Shown: positions 1-9,869 of the stretch, piece after piece | Layout of the letters: each line of letters begins with the position of its first letter | Numbering within the stretch: the first letter of the stretch is position 1 | Assembly (NCBI GenBank): GCA_965216635.1 | Contig: OZ244188.1 | Coordinates: forward strand, 768,001 to 832,000 | Length of the DNA stretch: 64,000 nucleotides | Source of the DNA: a bacterium | Lineage (GTDB): Bacteria > SAR324 > XYD2-FULL-50-16 > G965216635 | Reading direction: 5' to 3' | Made by a program: the position numbers and the translations under genes | The notes under the pieces: generated by a model | Seen by the model: the letters and a program-made list of their open reading frames with translations, nothing else | What the model was told of the DNA's origin: nothing | Databases searched by the model: none

Positions 1-59
1 ATGACTTTTTTAGTATTTTAGTTTACTATAAATCACCTATTAAACAAAAAAACCTAAAT

Positions 60-887
60 ATGAAACTCCCAATCAATTTTAAATCAGCCAAGTATTTTAC
101 CAAGCATTTTACCAAGTATTTTACTAGGCATTTAAGACTAGCTATATTTTTTGTCTTGCTTTTTGCTGGCTGTGCCGAATTAGACAAGATAATCAAAGAA
201 ATAGAGATAAAACCCATAGAACCTTCCACAAAGCAAACTCAACCAAAAAACCAACCAGCAAAAAAGCAAAATACAGCAAAAATCCTTGATTTAAAAACTG
301 TCATTAAAAATAATGCTAAAGAAAGGGCTACAAAAACTACAGCACAACAAAAACTCATATCCCTCCATAGCCTTGTTATTACAGATACAGTCGTTGTTAC
401 AGATGTATTAGCTTATAGAAGTTCCACTTCTAAAGATAGTTGTAAGAATTATTTGCTTTTTATAGAACAAACCACTGAGACAGATCTTCGTGCAAAGGCT
501 CGTGTATCCGACAATGGCAATCAATGTATTTACGAAGAGTTTTTTGGATCAGAGTCTAAAAAAACAACCCATATTAAACCTACAAAAAGATACAAAGTTT
601 TCACACAAAGTAGCACCAAAGAAGAGCAAGCAAATCTAGCAACAGCTAATAACTATGCCTTGATTTTTCTTTCTAATCTAAAACCACCTGCTTCTCAAAG
701 CCTAAACAATTATCACAGGTCTTTTCAAAATTTACCCAAAGGGGTAAAAATAAAAATTCTAGCCAAAATACAAAATAAAAAAGTGAGTATTGCTACCCAG
801 TCTTTTGCAAAAAAAGCAAGTAATATCAATATTTTCGATGATAATATTTTTTATCTCACAGTCTTATCTTGGCAAGTTGTTAAATAA
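60..887 (+). CDS. Hypothetical lipoprotein with repeat-extended N-terminus
   Basis: 275-aa ORF; hydrophobic stretch ending in lipobox-like LFAGC; no recognisable catalytic motif. Confidence 0.6.
   Translation: MKLPINFKSAKYFTKHFTKYFTRHLRLAIFFVLLFAGCAELDKIIKEIEIKPIEPSTKQTQPKNQPAKKQNTAKILDLKTVIKNNAKERATKTTAQQKLISLHSLVITDTVVVTDVLAYRSSTSKDSCKNYLLFIEQTTETDLRAKARVSDNGNQCIYEEFFGSESKKTTHIKPTKRYKVFTQSSTKEEQANLATANNYALIFLSNLKPPASQSLNNYHRSFQNLPKGVKIKILAKIQNKKVSIATQSFAKKASNINIFDDNIFYLTVLSWQVVK
88..135. repeat. 4 x 12-bp tandem repeat inside the ORF N-terminus (KYFT/KHFT)
   Basis: ccaagtatttta ccaagcatttta ccaagtatttta ctaggcatttaa read directly. Confidence 0.85.
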
Positions 888-910
888 ATAACTTAGGAAT
901 TCTAGTTCGT

Positions 911-1555
911 CTATACTGAGGTATTTAAAGCTTGTTTTAGAAGAGTAATATCTTTAATACCCGCAGATATTTCAAAACAGCTATTTAAATCTAAAGCTTG
1001 AATTTTTAGTCCATCAAAACTAGGGATTTTGTTTATATTTTCTAAACTTAAGCCTCCACTCAAAAAAACAGGCAAGTTATCTTTATATTTTCGTAACAAA
1101 TTCCAATCAAAAGATAACCCAAGACCTCCATATTTTTCTTTATTTTCTCCTTTTCCTTTGGTATCAAAGAGAAAATAATCTACTATTTTCTTGTAAAGAT
1201 TTAGGATAGGGAAATCAAAATTTTCTCCTATACCAAAAGCCTTAATTACCAGCACTCCTAAATTTTTTATCTGCTCACAAAAATCTGGGCTTTCATCTCC
1301 GTGTAGTTGAATCAGAGAAAAGTGATGTCTTTTGATTTTTGATTCAATTTCTTGCAAACTCGCATTTACAAAAATTCCAACTTTTTGGATTTTTGGGAAA
1401 TTTTCAAGTATATCTATGTAATTTTCTTGTTTTACGAACCTAGGAGATTTTTTATAAAAAATAAAACCCATATAATCAGGAGCTAATTCGGCTACTTGCC
1501 TGATATTTTCAGCAAAACAGTTGCCGCAAATTTTAATTTTGGTTGCTTGCATCAA
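911..1555 (-). CDS. trpF: Phosphoribosylanthranilate isomerase
   Basis: KIKICG, GFIFYKKSPR, IQLHGDES, LFDT, LSGGL motifs; overlaps the trpC end. Confidence 0.95.
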   Translation of the reverse strand: MMQATKIKICGNCFAENIRQVAELAPDYMGFIFYKKSPRFVKQENYIDILENFPKIQKVGIFVNASLQEIESKIKRHHFSLIQLHGDESPDFCEQIKNLGVLVIKAFGIGENFDFPILNLYKKIVDYFLFDTKGKGENKEKYGGLGLSFDWNLLRKYKDNLPVFLSGGLSLENINKIPSFDGLKIQALDLNSCFEISAGIKDITLLKQALNTSV

Positions 1556-2345
1556 GATCTATTAGTAATTGTTTTAAACTTTGAGCAGGGTTTTTTGTTT
1601 TCATAAAGGTTTCGCCTATTAAAAATCCGTCAAAACCTATTTTTTTTAATCGCAAAATATCTGCGGGTTTTTGCAAGCCACTTTCGGAAAGTCTGCAATA
1701 ATTAACAGGGATTTTTTCTATTAAATCTAAAGAATTTTGAATAGACACTTCAAAAGTTTTCAAATTGCGATTGTTGACTCCTACAAGATTGATTTCTGGA
1801 AATAAATATTTTTCTAATTCTTCCAAAGAATGCACCTCTAGTAATACTTCCAATTCTAAACTCCTTGCAAATTGGGCTAATTTACGCAATTTTTGAGGAG
1901 TCAAAGCAGCAGCAATGAGTAAAATAGCGTCTGCACCAATAGAGCGAGCTTCTACTATTTGGTAGTTTTCTATAATAAAATCTTTTTGTAAAATAGGAAT
2001 ACTCGTCACCTTCCTTACTTCTGTTAGATAGGTTTTTTTGCCTGCAAAATAGGTTTCATCGGTCAATACAGAAATAGCAGCAGCCCCTACTTCTTCGTAG
2101 CCTGTGCCTAACAATCTGGCTATTTGCAAGGAGTCCTTCTTGGAGTGAATTATACCTTTAGAAGGAGATCTAAACTTAATTTCGGCTAAAATAGCCAATT
2201 TTTTCTGATAAATACTTTGAGATAGAGAAAATCTATCTTTTTTATATTCGGATGAGTTCTCTAAAGATATAAGAGAAATTTTATTTTGGCGATAAACCAC
2301 TTCTTTTTTTGTATTGGCAATGATTTTTTCTAAAATATCCATCAT
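1533..2345 (-). CDS. trpC: Indole-3-glycerol phosphate synthase
   Basis: AEIKFRSPSKG, ISVLTD, KDFII, GADAILLI, GVNNRNL, SESG motifs. Confidence 0.97.
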   Translation of the reverse strand: MMDILEKIIANTKKEVVYRQNKISLISLENSSEYKKDRFSLSQSIYQKKLAILAEIKFRSPSKGIIHSKKDSLQIARLLGTGYEEVGAAAISVLTDETYFAGKKTYLTEVRKVTSIPILQKDFIIENYQIVEARSIGADAILLIAAALTPQKLRKLAQFARSLELEVLLEVHSLEELEKYLFPEINLVGVNNRNLKTFEVSIQNSLDLIEKIPVNYCRLSESGLQKPADILRLKKIGFDGFLIGETFMKTKNPAQSLKQLLIDLDASNQN

Positions 2346-2565
2346 AAAACAATTAAAAAGTTACCTTAAATGATTCCACCCATCTTAAAAAAGTGAAGAA
2401 TAAGTAAAAACTAACCCAAAATAAAATAAAATTTTTAGCTTAATTTTTTTTTTTTGGTATAAATATTGTTAGACTCTTGTGTGTTGTATAATATATTACT
2501 TGACAAGTTTTATATAATAAATTAAAACTATTAGACAAAGGTCTAAATTATTCTAAAATAAACTT

Positions 2566-3453
2566 ATGGAAATCAAAAGAGAAGCTATGAACGATATAGA
2601 CACACACCCTCCAACGGGTTACCCTTCTAAAAAAAAGAAGTATAAAATAGAAAAAGGAAGACTATCTGTTTTTATTATCGGTGGTTTTTTGCTCCTTTTT
2701 TTAGGTTTGCTTACTTTTGAATTTCGTTATCTTGCATTTGACGACAATACTTTTTTAGGTGGATCCCAAAAATCTAATCAAGATACCTACCAATCTAACA
2801 AAGATAATACTAAAAAATTTAGTATTTTGGGATTTTTCAAAAAAGAAGACAGCGAGGACAAAAAAACGACTAGCGAACTCAATAAACCTACAGATAAGGC
2901 AGATAGTTTTATAAAAAAACTTTTTGGTGATAGGTTCATTAGTTTTTTTTCTAAAAAAAATGACGAACAAGAACTTGAAATTGCTCCTGAATCCCCAGAA
3001 CTACTTGAGATTGCTCCTGAATCCCCAGAACTACTTGAGACTGCTCCTGAATCCCCAGAATTAGTGGAAAAATCTCAAAGTGAGTTTTTTGATGACACGG
3101 TTGTTGGTGAAACTGTTAATAAAGGGCAATATAAGTATAGTCTACAAATAATGGCAATAGAAGAAGAATATAAATCAAAGGCTTTAAATATCACAAAAAA
3201 ATTAGTTAAAGAAGGCTACCAAGCCTATACATACAAAACTCCTGTAAAAATAGTCTCTGATACCTACCCTAACGGCAAATATTTTTATAGAATTAGAGTG
3301 GGTTTTTTCCAAACTAAAAATGAGGCGAAAAGAATTGGCGACAAAATATTCCAAACTAATGCTTCATTCCCCCAAAATTACTATGCAACTGAAGCGGAAA
3401 GTGGCGAGTACGACGGTGAGATTATAACTTACGGATTCCAGAAAAATCCATAG
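2566..3453 (+). CDS. SPOR-domain bitopic membrane protein (FtsN/DedD-like)
   Basis: N-terminal TM helix, low-complexity linker, C-terminal YSLQI...YRIRVGFFQTKNEA SPOR-like motif. Confidence 0.7.
   Translation: MEIKREAMNDIDTHPPTGYPSKKKKYKIEKGRLSVFIIGGFLLLFLGLLTFEFRYLAFDDNTFLGGSQKSNQDTYQSNKDNTKKFSILGFFKKEDSEDKKTTSELNKPTDKADSFIKKLFGDRFISFFSKKNDEQELEIAPESPELLEIAPESPELLETAPESPELVEKSQSEFFDDTVVGETVNKGQYKYSLQIMAIEEEYKSKALNITKKLVKEGYQAYTYKTPVKIVSDTYPNGKYFYRIRVGFFQTKNEAKRIGDKIFQTNASFPQNYYATEAESGEYDGEIITYGFQKNP
2974..3063. repeat. 3 x 30-bp in-frame tandem repeat (LEIAPESPEL)
   Basis: cttgaRaYtgctcctgaatccccagaaYta repeated three times. Confidence 0.95.
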
Positions 3454-3542
3454 CATAGATTATGTCTTGATTGGATTCAAACAAAATCTAGGCAAGGCAA
3501 ATTGTTTTTTTAACGCAGCTTAGACAAAGTATAATGTTTAAT

Positions 3543-4724
3543 TCATGTTGCATAGTCGGCATTAATACTAACATACTCTTTAGAGAGATCGCACCCCCAT
3601 CCTGTTAATTCGCTTTTACCGTCCAACATATCTATTTCTAAATTTATCTCAAATTTTTTCATTTTTTGTTTTAATTTTTTCTCATCAAATTTTACAGGAG
3701 CGTTTTTCTTAAAAATCAGACAATCCTGAATTTTAATATTTGCGGGAATAAAATTATCCAGTTCTTGTTCGGCTAAAGCATTGCCTAATGCCATAATTAG
3801 ACGCCCCCAATTAGGATTTTCGCCGTGTATACAGCATTTTATTAGAGGAGAATTTAAAATTTTTTGCAAAATACTACGAGCTACTTTAAGATTACTAGCT
3901 CTTTTTACTTTTAATTCTATTAAATGTTTTGCTCCTTCGCCATCTGCAGCTATTTTTTTACTCAAATCTTGAGCAACTTCTAAAAGACATCTAATAGCCT
4001 CTTGTTTTGCTTGTTTAGATATATTTTGTGATTTTTGAGAGTAGGCACTCAACAAATAAAAACTATCGCTTGTAGAAGTATCTCCGTCTACTGTGACGCA
4101 GTTAAAACTTTGAGATCCTATTAGCTGAGTAATCATTTGAATTTCGGAGAGAGCAAAAGGAAAATCAGTTATAATATACGCCAGCATAGTAGCCATATTG
4201 GGAGCAATCATTCCCGAACCTTTGGCAATACCTACAATAGAATATTTTTTTCTAGAGACAGAAAAACTTTTATCAGAAATTTTAATTTTTAAATCTGTAG
4301 TCGTGATAGCACTGGCAAAATTTTTGGGATTAGCAGAAAGTGTATTTTGTAAAGAAGGTATGGCTTTTTCTATTTTTTGGATATTAGGAGCCTCGCCAAT
4401 TATACCAGTTGCCGAAGTTAATATACGATTTGTTGGAATTTTTAAGTTTTTACTAGCGACTTTTAGAATAGTTTTATTAGCAAGAATTCCTTGCTTGCCC
4501 ATACCCGCAATAGATTGCCCTGAATTAACCAAAACCGCCTGTATATTTTGACTAGGTAAAATTTCTCTACCGTAAAGAACATGCGGAGAAGGATAGCGAT
4601 TTTGAGTAAATATACCCCCCACAACACAAGGCTTTGAGCAAAAAATAAGACCCAAATCTAGTTTCTTGCTTTGCTTTAATCCTGCAGAGACGCCAGCGAA
4701 AAAAAAATCATTCAAAGGTCTCAT
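3543..4724 (-). CDS. argJ: Ornithine acetyltransferase / N-acetylglutamate synthase
   Basis: TTTD, AKGSGMIAPNMATML, VDGDTSTSD, DGEGA, NWGR, GCDLS...YVSINADY. Confidence 0.97.
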   Translation of the reverse strand: MRPLNDFFFAGVSAGLKQSKKLDLGLIFCSKPCVVGGIFTQNRYPSPHVLYGREILPSQNIQAVLVNSGQSIAGMGKQGILANKTILKVASKNLKIPTNRILTSATGIIGEAPNIQKIEKAIPSLQNTLSANPKNFASAITTTDLKIKISDKSFSVSRKKYSIVGIAKGSGMIAPNMATMLAYIITDFPFALSEIQMITQLIGSQSFNCVTVDGDTSTSDSFYLLSAYSQKSQNISKQAKQEAIRCLLEVAQDLSKKIAADGEGAKHLIELKVKRASNLKVARSILQKILNSPLIKCCIHGENPNWGRLIMALGNALAEQELDNFIPANIKIQDCLIFKKNAPVKFDEKKLKQKMKKFEINLEIDMLDGKSELTGWGCDLSKEYVSINADYAT

Positions 4725-5524
4725 TTGTTCCAGCGAAAAAAATTAGTCAAAAAATTCCCTTGTCCCTTATCTTGATGTTCTACATAAAATTGTTGCATAA
4801 TTTTTTGAATTTGCTGAGTTGTAATGCCTCTAGGCTCATAAGAAATAATAAGCTCACGAGCCTGAATAGCTTTAGAAATATTAGGGTTTTCCTCAATATA
4901 GCCTAAATATTTGAGTTGAAAATCTAGCTGACTAATTTCACCCGCTACATGATTGAATCTTTTAAAAAGCTGTAAAGAAGCACTCTTATAGCAACGGTTG
5001 TAGATAATACTAAATTTTTTCACATTATAGTGTAAATACATAGTTTTCATTAAAGCAAAAGCATCTGTAATAGAAGTAGGCTCAGGGTTGATAATCACAA
5101 TAATTTCGTCTGCAGATGCATTCATTCTTAAAATAGAGTCGTGGATACCCGCACTAGTATCTATAAATAAAAAATCATATCTTGGCAAAATTTTACCCAC
5201 TTCTTCTATCAAGTAAAGCAGTTGCTCCGCTGTTAAAGCGGTGATTTCTTTAATTCCAGAAACTCCAGGTATGATATGAAAGTGATCCTCTAAACCTTCA
5301 TATTTATAAATAGTTTGTTCTAAACTAAATTTATGCAGAAAAAAATCTAGAATATTATTTTTGATTTGAATATTCATCAAAATATCCACATTGGCTAAAC
5401 CAAAATCAGCGTCCAAAAGCAAAATTTTTTTACCCGAAACTGCCAACAACAAAGCCATGTTTGTAGCAATATTGGTTTTACCTACTCCTCCCTTACCGCT
5501 AGTGAAACTTATAGTTCTATACAA
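4721..5524 (-). CDS. flhG: FlhG/FleN-type MinD-family ATPase
   Basis: SGKGGVGKT deviant Walker A, DADFGLANVD, DTSAGI, PEPTSITDA; TTG start. Confidence 0.8.
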   Translation of the reverse strand: MYRTISFTSGKGGVGKTNIATNMALLLAVSGKKILLLDADFGLANVDILMNIQIKNNILDFFLHKFSLEQTIYKYEGLEDHFHIIPGVSGIKEITALTAEQLLYLIEEVGKILPRYDFLFIDTSAGIHDSILRMNASADEIIVIINPEPTSITDAFALMKTMYLHYNVKKFSIIYNRCYKSASLQLFKRFNHVAGEISQLDFQLKYLGYIEENPNISKAIQARELIISYEPRGITTQQIQKIMQQFYVEHQDKGQGNFLTNFFRWNK

Positions 5525-5638
5525 AATAAAATTTATTGTGAAAAAAAAAAATTGATGTTATAATGGATATTATCCTAAACAAAGAAAAATATGAACAGTT
5601 AGAGAACAAAATTATCTCAAAATCTTAATTTATAAACA

Positions 5639-6580
5639 ATGTTGAATCTACGAGATCGTCTGGCACTTTCCTACTACGACAACTCTGATATTGCTACTAT
5701 TTCTCTTAGCTTTAGCAAAGCGAATCCATCTTTAGTGGCAGTTCCTATTCATTCTTTAAAACTTATTCCAAAAATTCGCAAGAAACTCAATGAATTTAGA
5801 AAAAAAAGGGTAGTCATAAAAAAAAACATTCGTAAAAAATTAGCAATTTTTATTCCCTATAGAAATCGTGCAGAACACTTAAAAATTTTTATTCCAAAGA
5901 TAGGAAATTTTTTAAAAAAGCAAAGAATTAAATACGAAATTTTTGTAATAGAGCAAAAAGATTCTGGTTTTTGGAATAAAGGGGCACTTTTTAATATAGG
6001 AGTAGAAAAGTATGGCAAAAATTTTGACTACTATTGTTTTCACGATGTAGATTTAGTTCCTATAAAAGCAGATTATTCTTACTTTAGTCAACCCATACGA
6101 CTTATTTCAGAGTATAGTGAGAAAAATAAAGAAATTTATAAAAAATCAGCACAAGGAAAATACAACCATCACTTCGGAGGAGCAGTATCCTTAACCAAAG
6201 AAGCCTTTGAGCAAATCAATGGTTTTAGCAATCTTTACCTACACTATGGTAACGAGGACGATGATTTTTTAATGAGGCTGTTATTGCAAGGCTACATACC
6301 CATTAAAAATCTTTCGGGATATTATCTCAATTTACCCCATCCAAAAAGCAAAATAGTATCACCCACTGGAAAAATTTCTAAAAATATATTTGAAAAACAA
6401 AAATTACGGGCTAGGTTTAAAAGAAACAAAAAACATTTTTCTATGGTAAAAAGAGGAATAAAACCGCCTAATCTGGAAGGCTTGAATACTGTGCAATATC
6501 GTTTATTTGAAGAGAAAAAGATGCAAAATTACACTTTTTGTTCGGTTTATCTATTAGGAAAATCTTTAGCTACACTATAA
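5639..6580 (+). CDS. Beta-1,4-galactosyltransferase-like glycosyltransferase (GT7)
   Basis: IPYRNRAEHL, NKGALFNIG, FHDVDL, FGGAVSL, INGFSN, GNEDDD motifs typical of GT7. Confidence 0.88.
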   Translation: MLNLRDRLALSYYDNSDIATISLSFSKANPSLVAVPIHSLKLIPKIRKKLNEFRKKRVVIKKNIRKKLAIFIPYRNRAEHLKIFIPKIGNFLKKQRIKYEIFVIEQKDSGFWNKGALFNIGVEKYGKNFDYYCFHDVDLVPIKADYSYFSQPIRLISEYSEKNKEIYKKSAQGKYNHHFGGAVSLTKEAFEQINGFSNLYLHYGNEDDDFLMRLLLQGYIPIKNLSGYYLNLPHPKSKIVSPTGKISKNIFEKQKLRARFKRNKKHFSMVKRGIKPPNLEGLNTVQYRLFEEKKMQNYTFCSVYLLGKSLATL

Positions 6581-6583
6581 AAT

Positions 6584-6765
6584 AGACTTTTGAATTTGCT
6601 TATCTAGTTAGCCAAAGCAGCGTTAAAAAAAATTTTTAACTCTTGCCATTTGTGAAGAAATGCTCTTCAGTATTCCAGCGAGCTAAAAAAAATTTTCGCA
6701 CCTGCTCTAACCATTTGGCTAGCCGTCGCAGCTAGTTTTGTTCTATTTGGCAAATTCAAAGGTCT
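6584..6765. mobile_element. MITE-like palindromic element, full copy
   Basis: Terminal inverted repeats AGACTTTTGAATTTGC / GCAAATTCAAAGGTCT with internal nested inverted repeats; near reverse complement of 44499-44682. Confidence 0.85.
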
Positions 6766-6778
6766 ATAAAAACCAATT

Positions 6779-8131
6779 ATGTACAAAATAATCAACAAAT
6801 TCTACGAAAATTGGATAAAAAATCGTTATTTTACCAAAGAAAACTACGGTAAAATAAATATATTTTATAAAAAATTTTTTGACTTAGATATTATTAAATC
6901 GGCGCAAGCTCTTTCATTTCTTTCGTTTTTTTCCATAGTTCCTATCTACGCTTTTTTTTTCTTTGTTTTAGCAGCACTTTCTAAAAAAGATGCAGAAAAA
7001 TTGACAAAACTTGTTGGTCAGTATGTTTTTCCGGAATACATAGATGCTTTAAGTGTTTTTTTAAACAATCTCTCTAATCAAATTATAAAAATCGGCACGA
7101 TAGGACTTCCTTTTTTAATAGTGACCGCAATATTAGCCTATTCACAAATAGAAAAAATTATAAACATAATATGGGATAGTCACGAAAGAAGAAAATGGTA
7201 TCAAAACGCATATATTCTGCTCAATACCATAATATTAGGACCTTTTATTATTGTATTTTTATTTTCATTAGCTCCCTATTTGAAACGCGAGGATATATTA
7301 GGAGCTACCTATCCGCTCTTTCAAGCCATAATACCTTACTTAATAAGCTATGTAATTTTACTAGGAGTTTTGTTTGTTGTGTATCTTTATCTTCCCGTAG
7401 TGTATGTGAAAAAAAAACCTGTATTAAAAGCAGCGGCTATTGTTGCTTTACTTATACAAATTGCCAATTATGTAGTAGGCATTTATATTTCCAATTTTGC
7501 GAGGTTCAATATTTTTTATGGAATTTTAGCTTTAGCCCCAGTCATTTTGATATGGTTTTTTGTGCTCTGGGCGATTATTATTTCGGGCTCCCTTTACGCC
7601 TATCTGGAACAAAACTATTTTTACGGTCAAGAAACAACCTATCAAAACTCTTCACTTTCCTTAATCAATCAAACAATACAAGTATTAGTTTTGATTATGC
7701 ACCGTTTTGAAACAGGTAAATCTCCATTGAGTTTTCAAGAGATCCAATACAGCACGGGAGTGAGCGTAGAAAGATTACAATTTATTCGCGACTATCTCCA
7801 AAGGAAACAATATATTTACGCTATAAGTTCTACAAACCTCAAAGGAGGAAAAAATCTTTCTTTTCAAATGAATAAATCCCCATCCAGTATTAGAGTCCAA
7901 GATATCGTTCAAGATATACATTCTCCTGCCATTATTGCACTGCCTATGGGAGTGTCTAAATTTTTAAGGGAATCTAGTCTGCACCCGCTGTTTTATTCAG
8001 ATGTTAATTTAAGACAAATCTATTATTTATCTGAGCAAGTAATGAATACTTACAACAAAAACCTATTCAAACAAATAAAAAAACAACTAACTCAAGAAGA
8101 AGAAAAACAAAAAAAACGTAACAATCAATAG
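6779..8131 (+). CDS. YihY/BrkB-family membrane protein with C-terminal wHTH-like extension
   Basis: SAQALSFLSFFSIVP, six TM segments, IFYGILALAP..LIW motif. Confidence 0.85.
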   Translation: MYKIINKFYENWIKNRYFTKENYGKINIFYKKFFDLDIIKSAQALSFLSFFSIVPIYAFFFFVLAALSKKDAEKLTKLVGQYVFPEYIDALSVFLNNLSNQIIKIGTIGLPFLIVTAILAYSQIEKIINIIWDSHERRKWYQNAYILLNTIILGPFIIVFLFSLAPYLKREDILGATYPLFQAIIPYLISYVILLGVLFVVYLYLPVVYVKKKPVLKAAAIVALLIQIANYVVGIYISNFARFNIFYGILALAPVILIWFFVLWAIIISGSLYAYLEQNYFYGQETTYQNSSLSLINQTIQVLVLIMHRFETGKSPLSFQEIQYSTGVSVERLQFIRDYLQRKQYIYAISSTNLKGGKNLSFQMNKSPSSIRVQDIVQDIHSPAIIALPMGVSKFLRESSLHPLFYSDVNLRQIYYLSEQVMNTYNKNLFKQIKKQLTQEEEKQKKRNNQ

Positions 8132-8241
8132 AGATTTGCCATTCTATTTGGCTTGGCTATTTGGCTTGGATATTTGGATTGGCTATACTTAAAATCAAGG
8201 AAAAGGCTGGCTTGTTTCTATAGATTTAAATTGAATTTTTT

Positions 8242-9804
8242 TTAAAAGTTGCTACTCTTTTTGTAGTAAAAAAATAATACTACACTCAAAACTACAAAAT
8301 AAAATTGCCAAAAAATAAGATTTAATGCCTCTTTTTCTAGTTGCAAAAAAGGTATTTTTTCTATCACTACAGAATTTAGCGTAGTGTTTTTTTGGATAAC
8401 TCCATACCATAAGTCTCCTAACTTTTGTATCAAAGCAAAGTAAAGAATTTCTGCCTCCTGAAAAACATTAAAGAAAAATAACGGAAAACCCAATAAAACT
8501 GAAGGCAGATAAAGCAGACCCATAAAAGGAATATGAAAAAGATTATTCACAAATCCTAACAAATTTTTTTGTTCAAAATAAAACAGAACTAAAGGTAAAA
8601 TAAAAAGGTTAATAAAAAAACTGATTCCTATGATTTTAGTTAGGGCTTGTGTGATTCTATTTTTCCATATAAAAACCCATATTGTTTTTAGTCCTATGCT
8701 TTTTAAAAGAGTTACATTTCTTTCTTTGTATGCAAAATATTTCAAATAAACCAAAAGTGCAAAAACGGAGGAAAAGGAAAACTGAAAGCTCACAGAAGTA
8801 ATCAAACTAGGCTCCACCAAAAGCATACTCACTGCTATTAGTAAAAGAATATAGGTTGTGGGCATCCAATGAAGGAAGTAATGCATACATAGCCAAAGGC
8901 AAAGCATAGTCCAAGCCCGAATTGCTGTTATCGGGCTTCCAATAAAATCTAAATACAACAAAAGCAAACATACCGCTAAACTATCTGCATAAAAATAAAT
9001 ATTAATTTGGTTGAATAGGATTTTGCACTGCTTATAAAAAAGAGAAAGCAAAACTAGGCTGAAAGCAAGCAATTTTGCGAGTAAAAACCTCAGTAGCAGA
9101 AAAATCAAACCTATATGCAAGCCAGAAATCGCAAATAAATGAAAAATTCCCAAGTAGTTAAGGTCTTGTCGTAGAGGTCGGGGTAAATCTCTCCTATCGG
9201 CTAAAGCAATGCCCAAATAAAGAGGTTTAGCAGCACCTTGGAGATAGTAGTTTGCTTTGACTTTCCAATTTTGCCAATATTTGCTTCTGCTGTTGATTAT
9301 TGTGTTAGTAAAATTAGAATGTAGGGTAGGTATAAAGTTTTGAGTTGAATCTATTTTAAGCTGTGTGATTTTGATTTTTTGACTAGGATAAATGCCAATA
9401 AAACGATGTTTTGGAACTCTCACAGTAGCGGATGCAAAAATAAACTTTTTATTGCCACAACCCAAAGTGCCTTTAGATAGCCAAAGATAATCTCCCTGTC
9501 TTTTATCAAAATTTGCAGAAATAAAATCGACTTTTTTTTGGCATTCTTGCTTCAAACTAGAGGATAAGACATTAGGACTAAAAACATATTTAGCTTGACA
9601 AATCAGACATAAAAAAATCAAACCTACAAAAAGTAACCTTTGTTTGCTAAAAATACAACCTAGTATCAAAATAGATAATGATAGATAAAATTGCTTTATA
9701 AACCAATCAGGAACAGGAAAAAAAAGCCAATAGACATAAGAAAGAAGTAGTGCAAAACAGAGGTAGCGAAAATCTTTTATTATTTTTAAAAATATTTTTG
9801 TCAT
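8242..9804 (-). CDS. comEC: ComEC/Rec2 competence-domain membrane protein (no beta-lactamase domain seen)
   Basis: GIFHLFAISGLHIG, RA..M, SVSFQFSF motifs. Confidence 0.85.
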   Translation of the reverse strand: MTKIFLKIIKDFRYLCFALLLSYVYWLFFPVPDWFIKQFYLSLSILILGCIFSKQRLLFVGLIFLCLICQAKYVFSPNVLSSSLKQECQKKVDFISANFDKRQGDYLWLSKGTLGCGNKKFIFASATVRVPKHRFIGIYPSQKIKITQLKIDSTQNFIPTLHSNFTNTIINSRSKYWQNWKVKANYYLQGAAKPLYLGIALADRRDLPRPLRQDLNYLGIFHLFAISGLHIGLIFLLLRFLLAKLLAFSLVLLSLFYKQCKILFNQINIYFYADSLAVCLLLLYLDFIGSPITAIRAWTMLCLWLCMHYFLHWMPTTYILLLIAVSMLLVEPSLITSVSFQFSFSSVFALLVYLKYFAYKERNVTLLKSIGLKTIWVFIWKNRITQALTKIIGISFFINLFILPLVLFYFEQKNLLGFVNNLFHIPFMGLLYLPSVLLGFPLFFFNVFQEAEILYFALIQKLGDLWYGVIQKNTTLNSVVIEKIPFLQLEKEALNLIFWQFYFVVLSVVLFFYYKKSSNF

Positions 9805-9869
9805 ACGAAGGTTAAGTATTTTGTGGCTTTCTATTTGCTTTTAGATTGTAGTAGCACTTATTAACACAG

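Noticed and set aside
3455..3545. Degenerate palindromic element between the SPOR gene and argJ
   Set aside because: Only the gcaaggc...aacgcag core is recognisable; ends cannot be defined
8143..8185. 13-bp repeats ctatttggcttgg between convergent genes
   Set aside because: Short; probably slippage or decayed MITE sequence, with no supportable function
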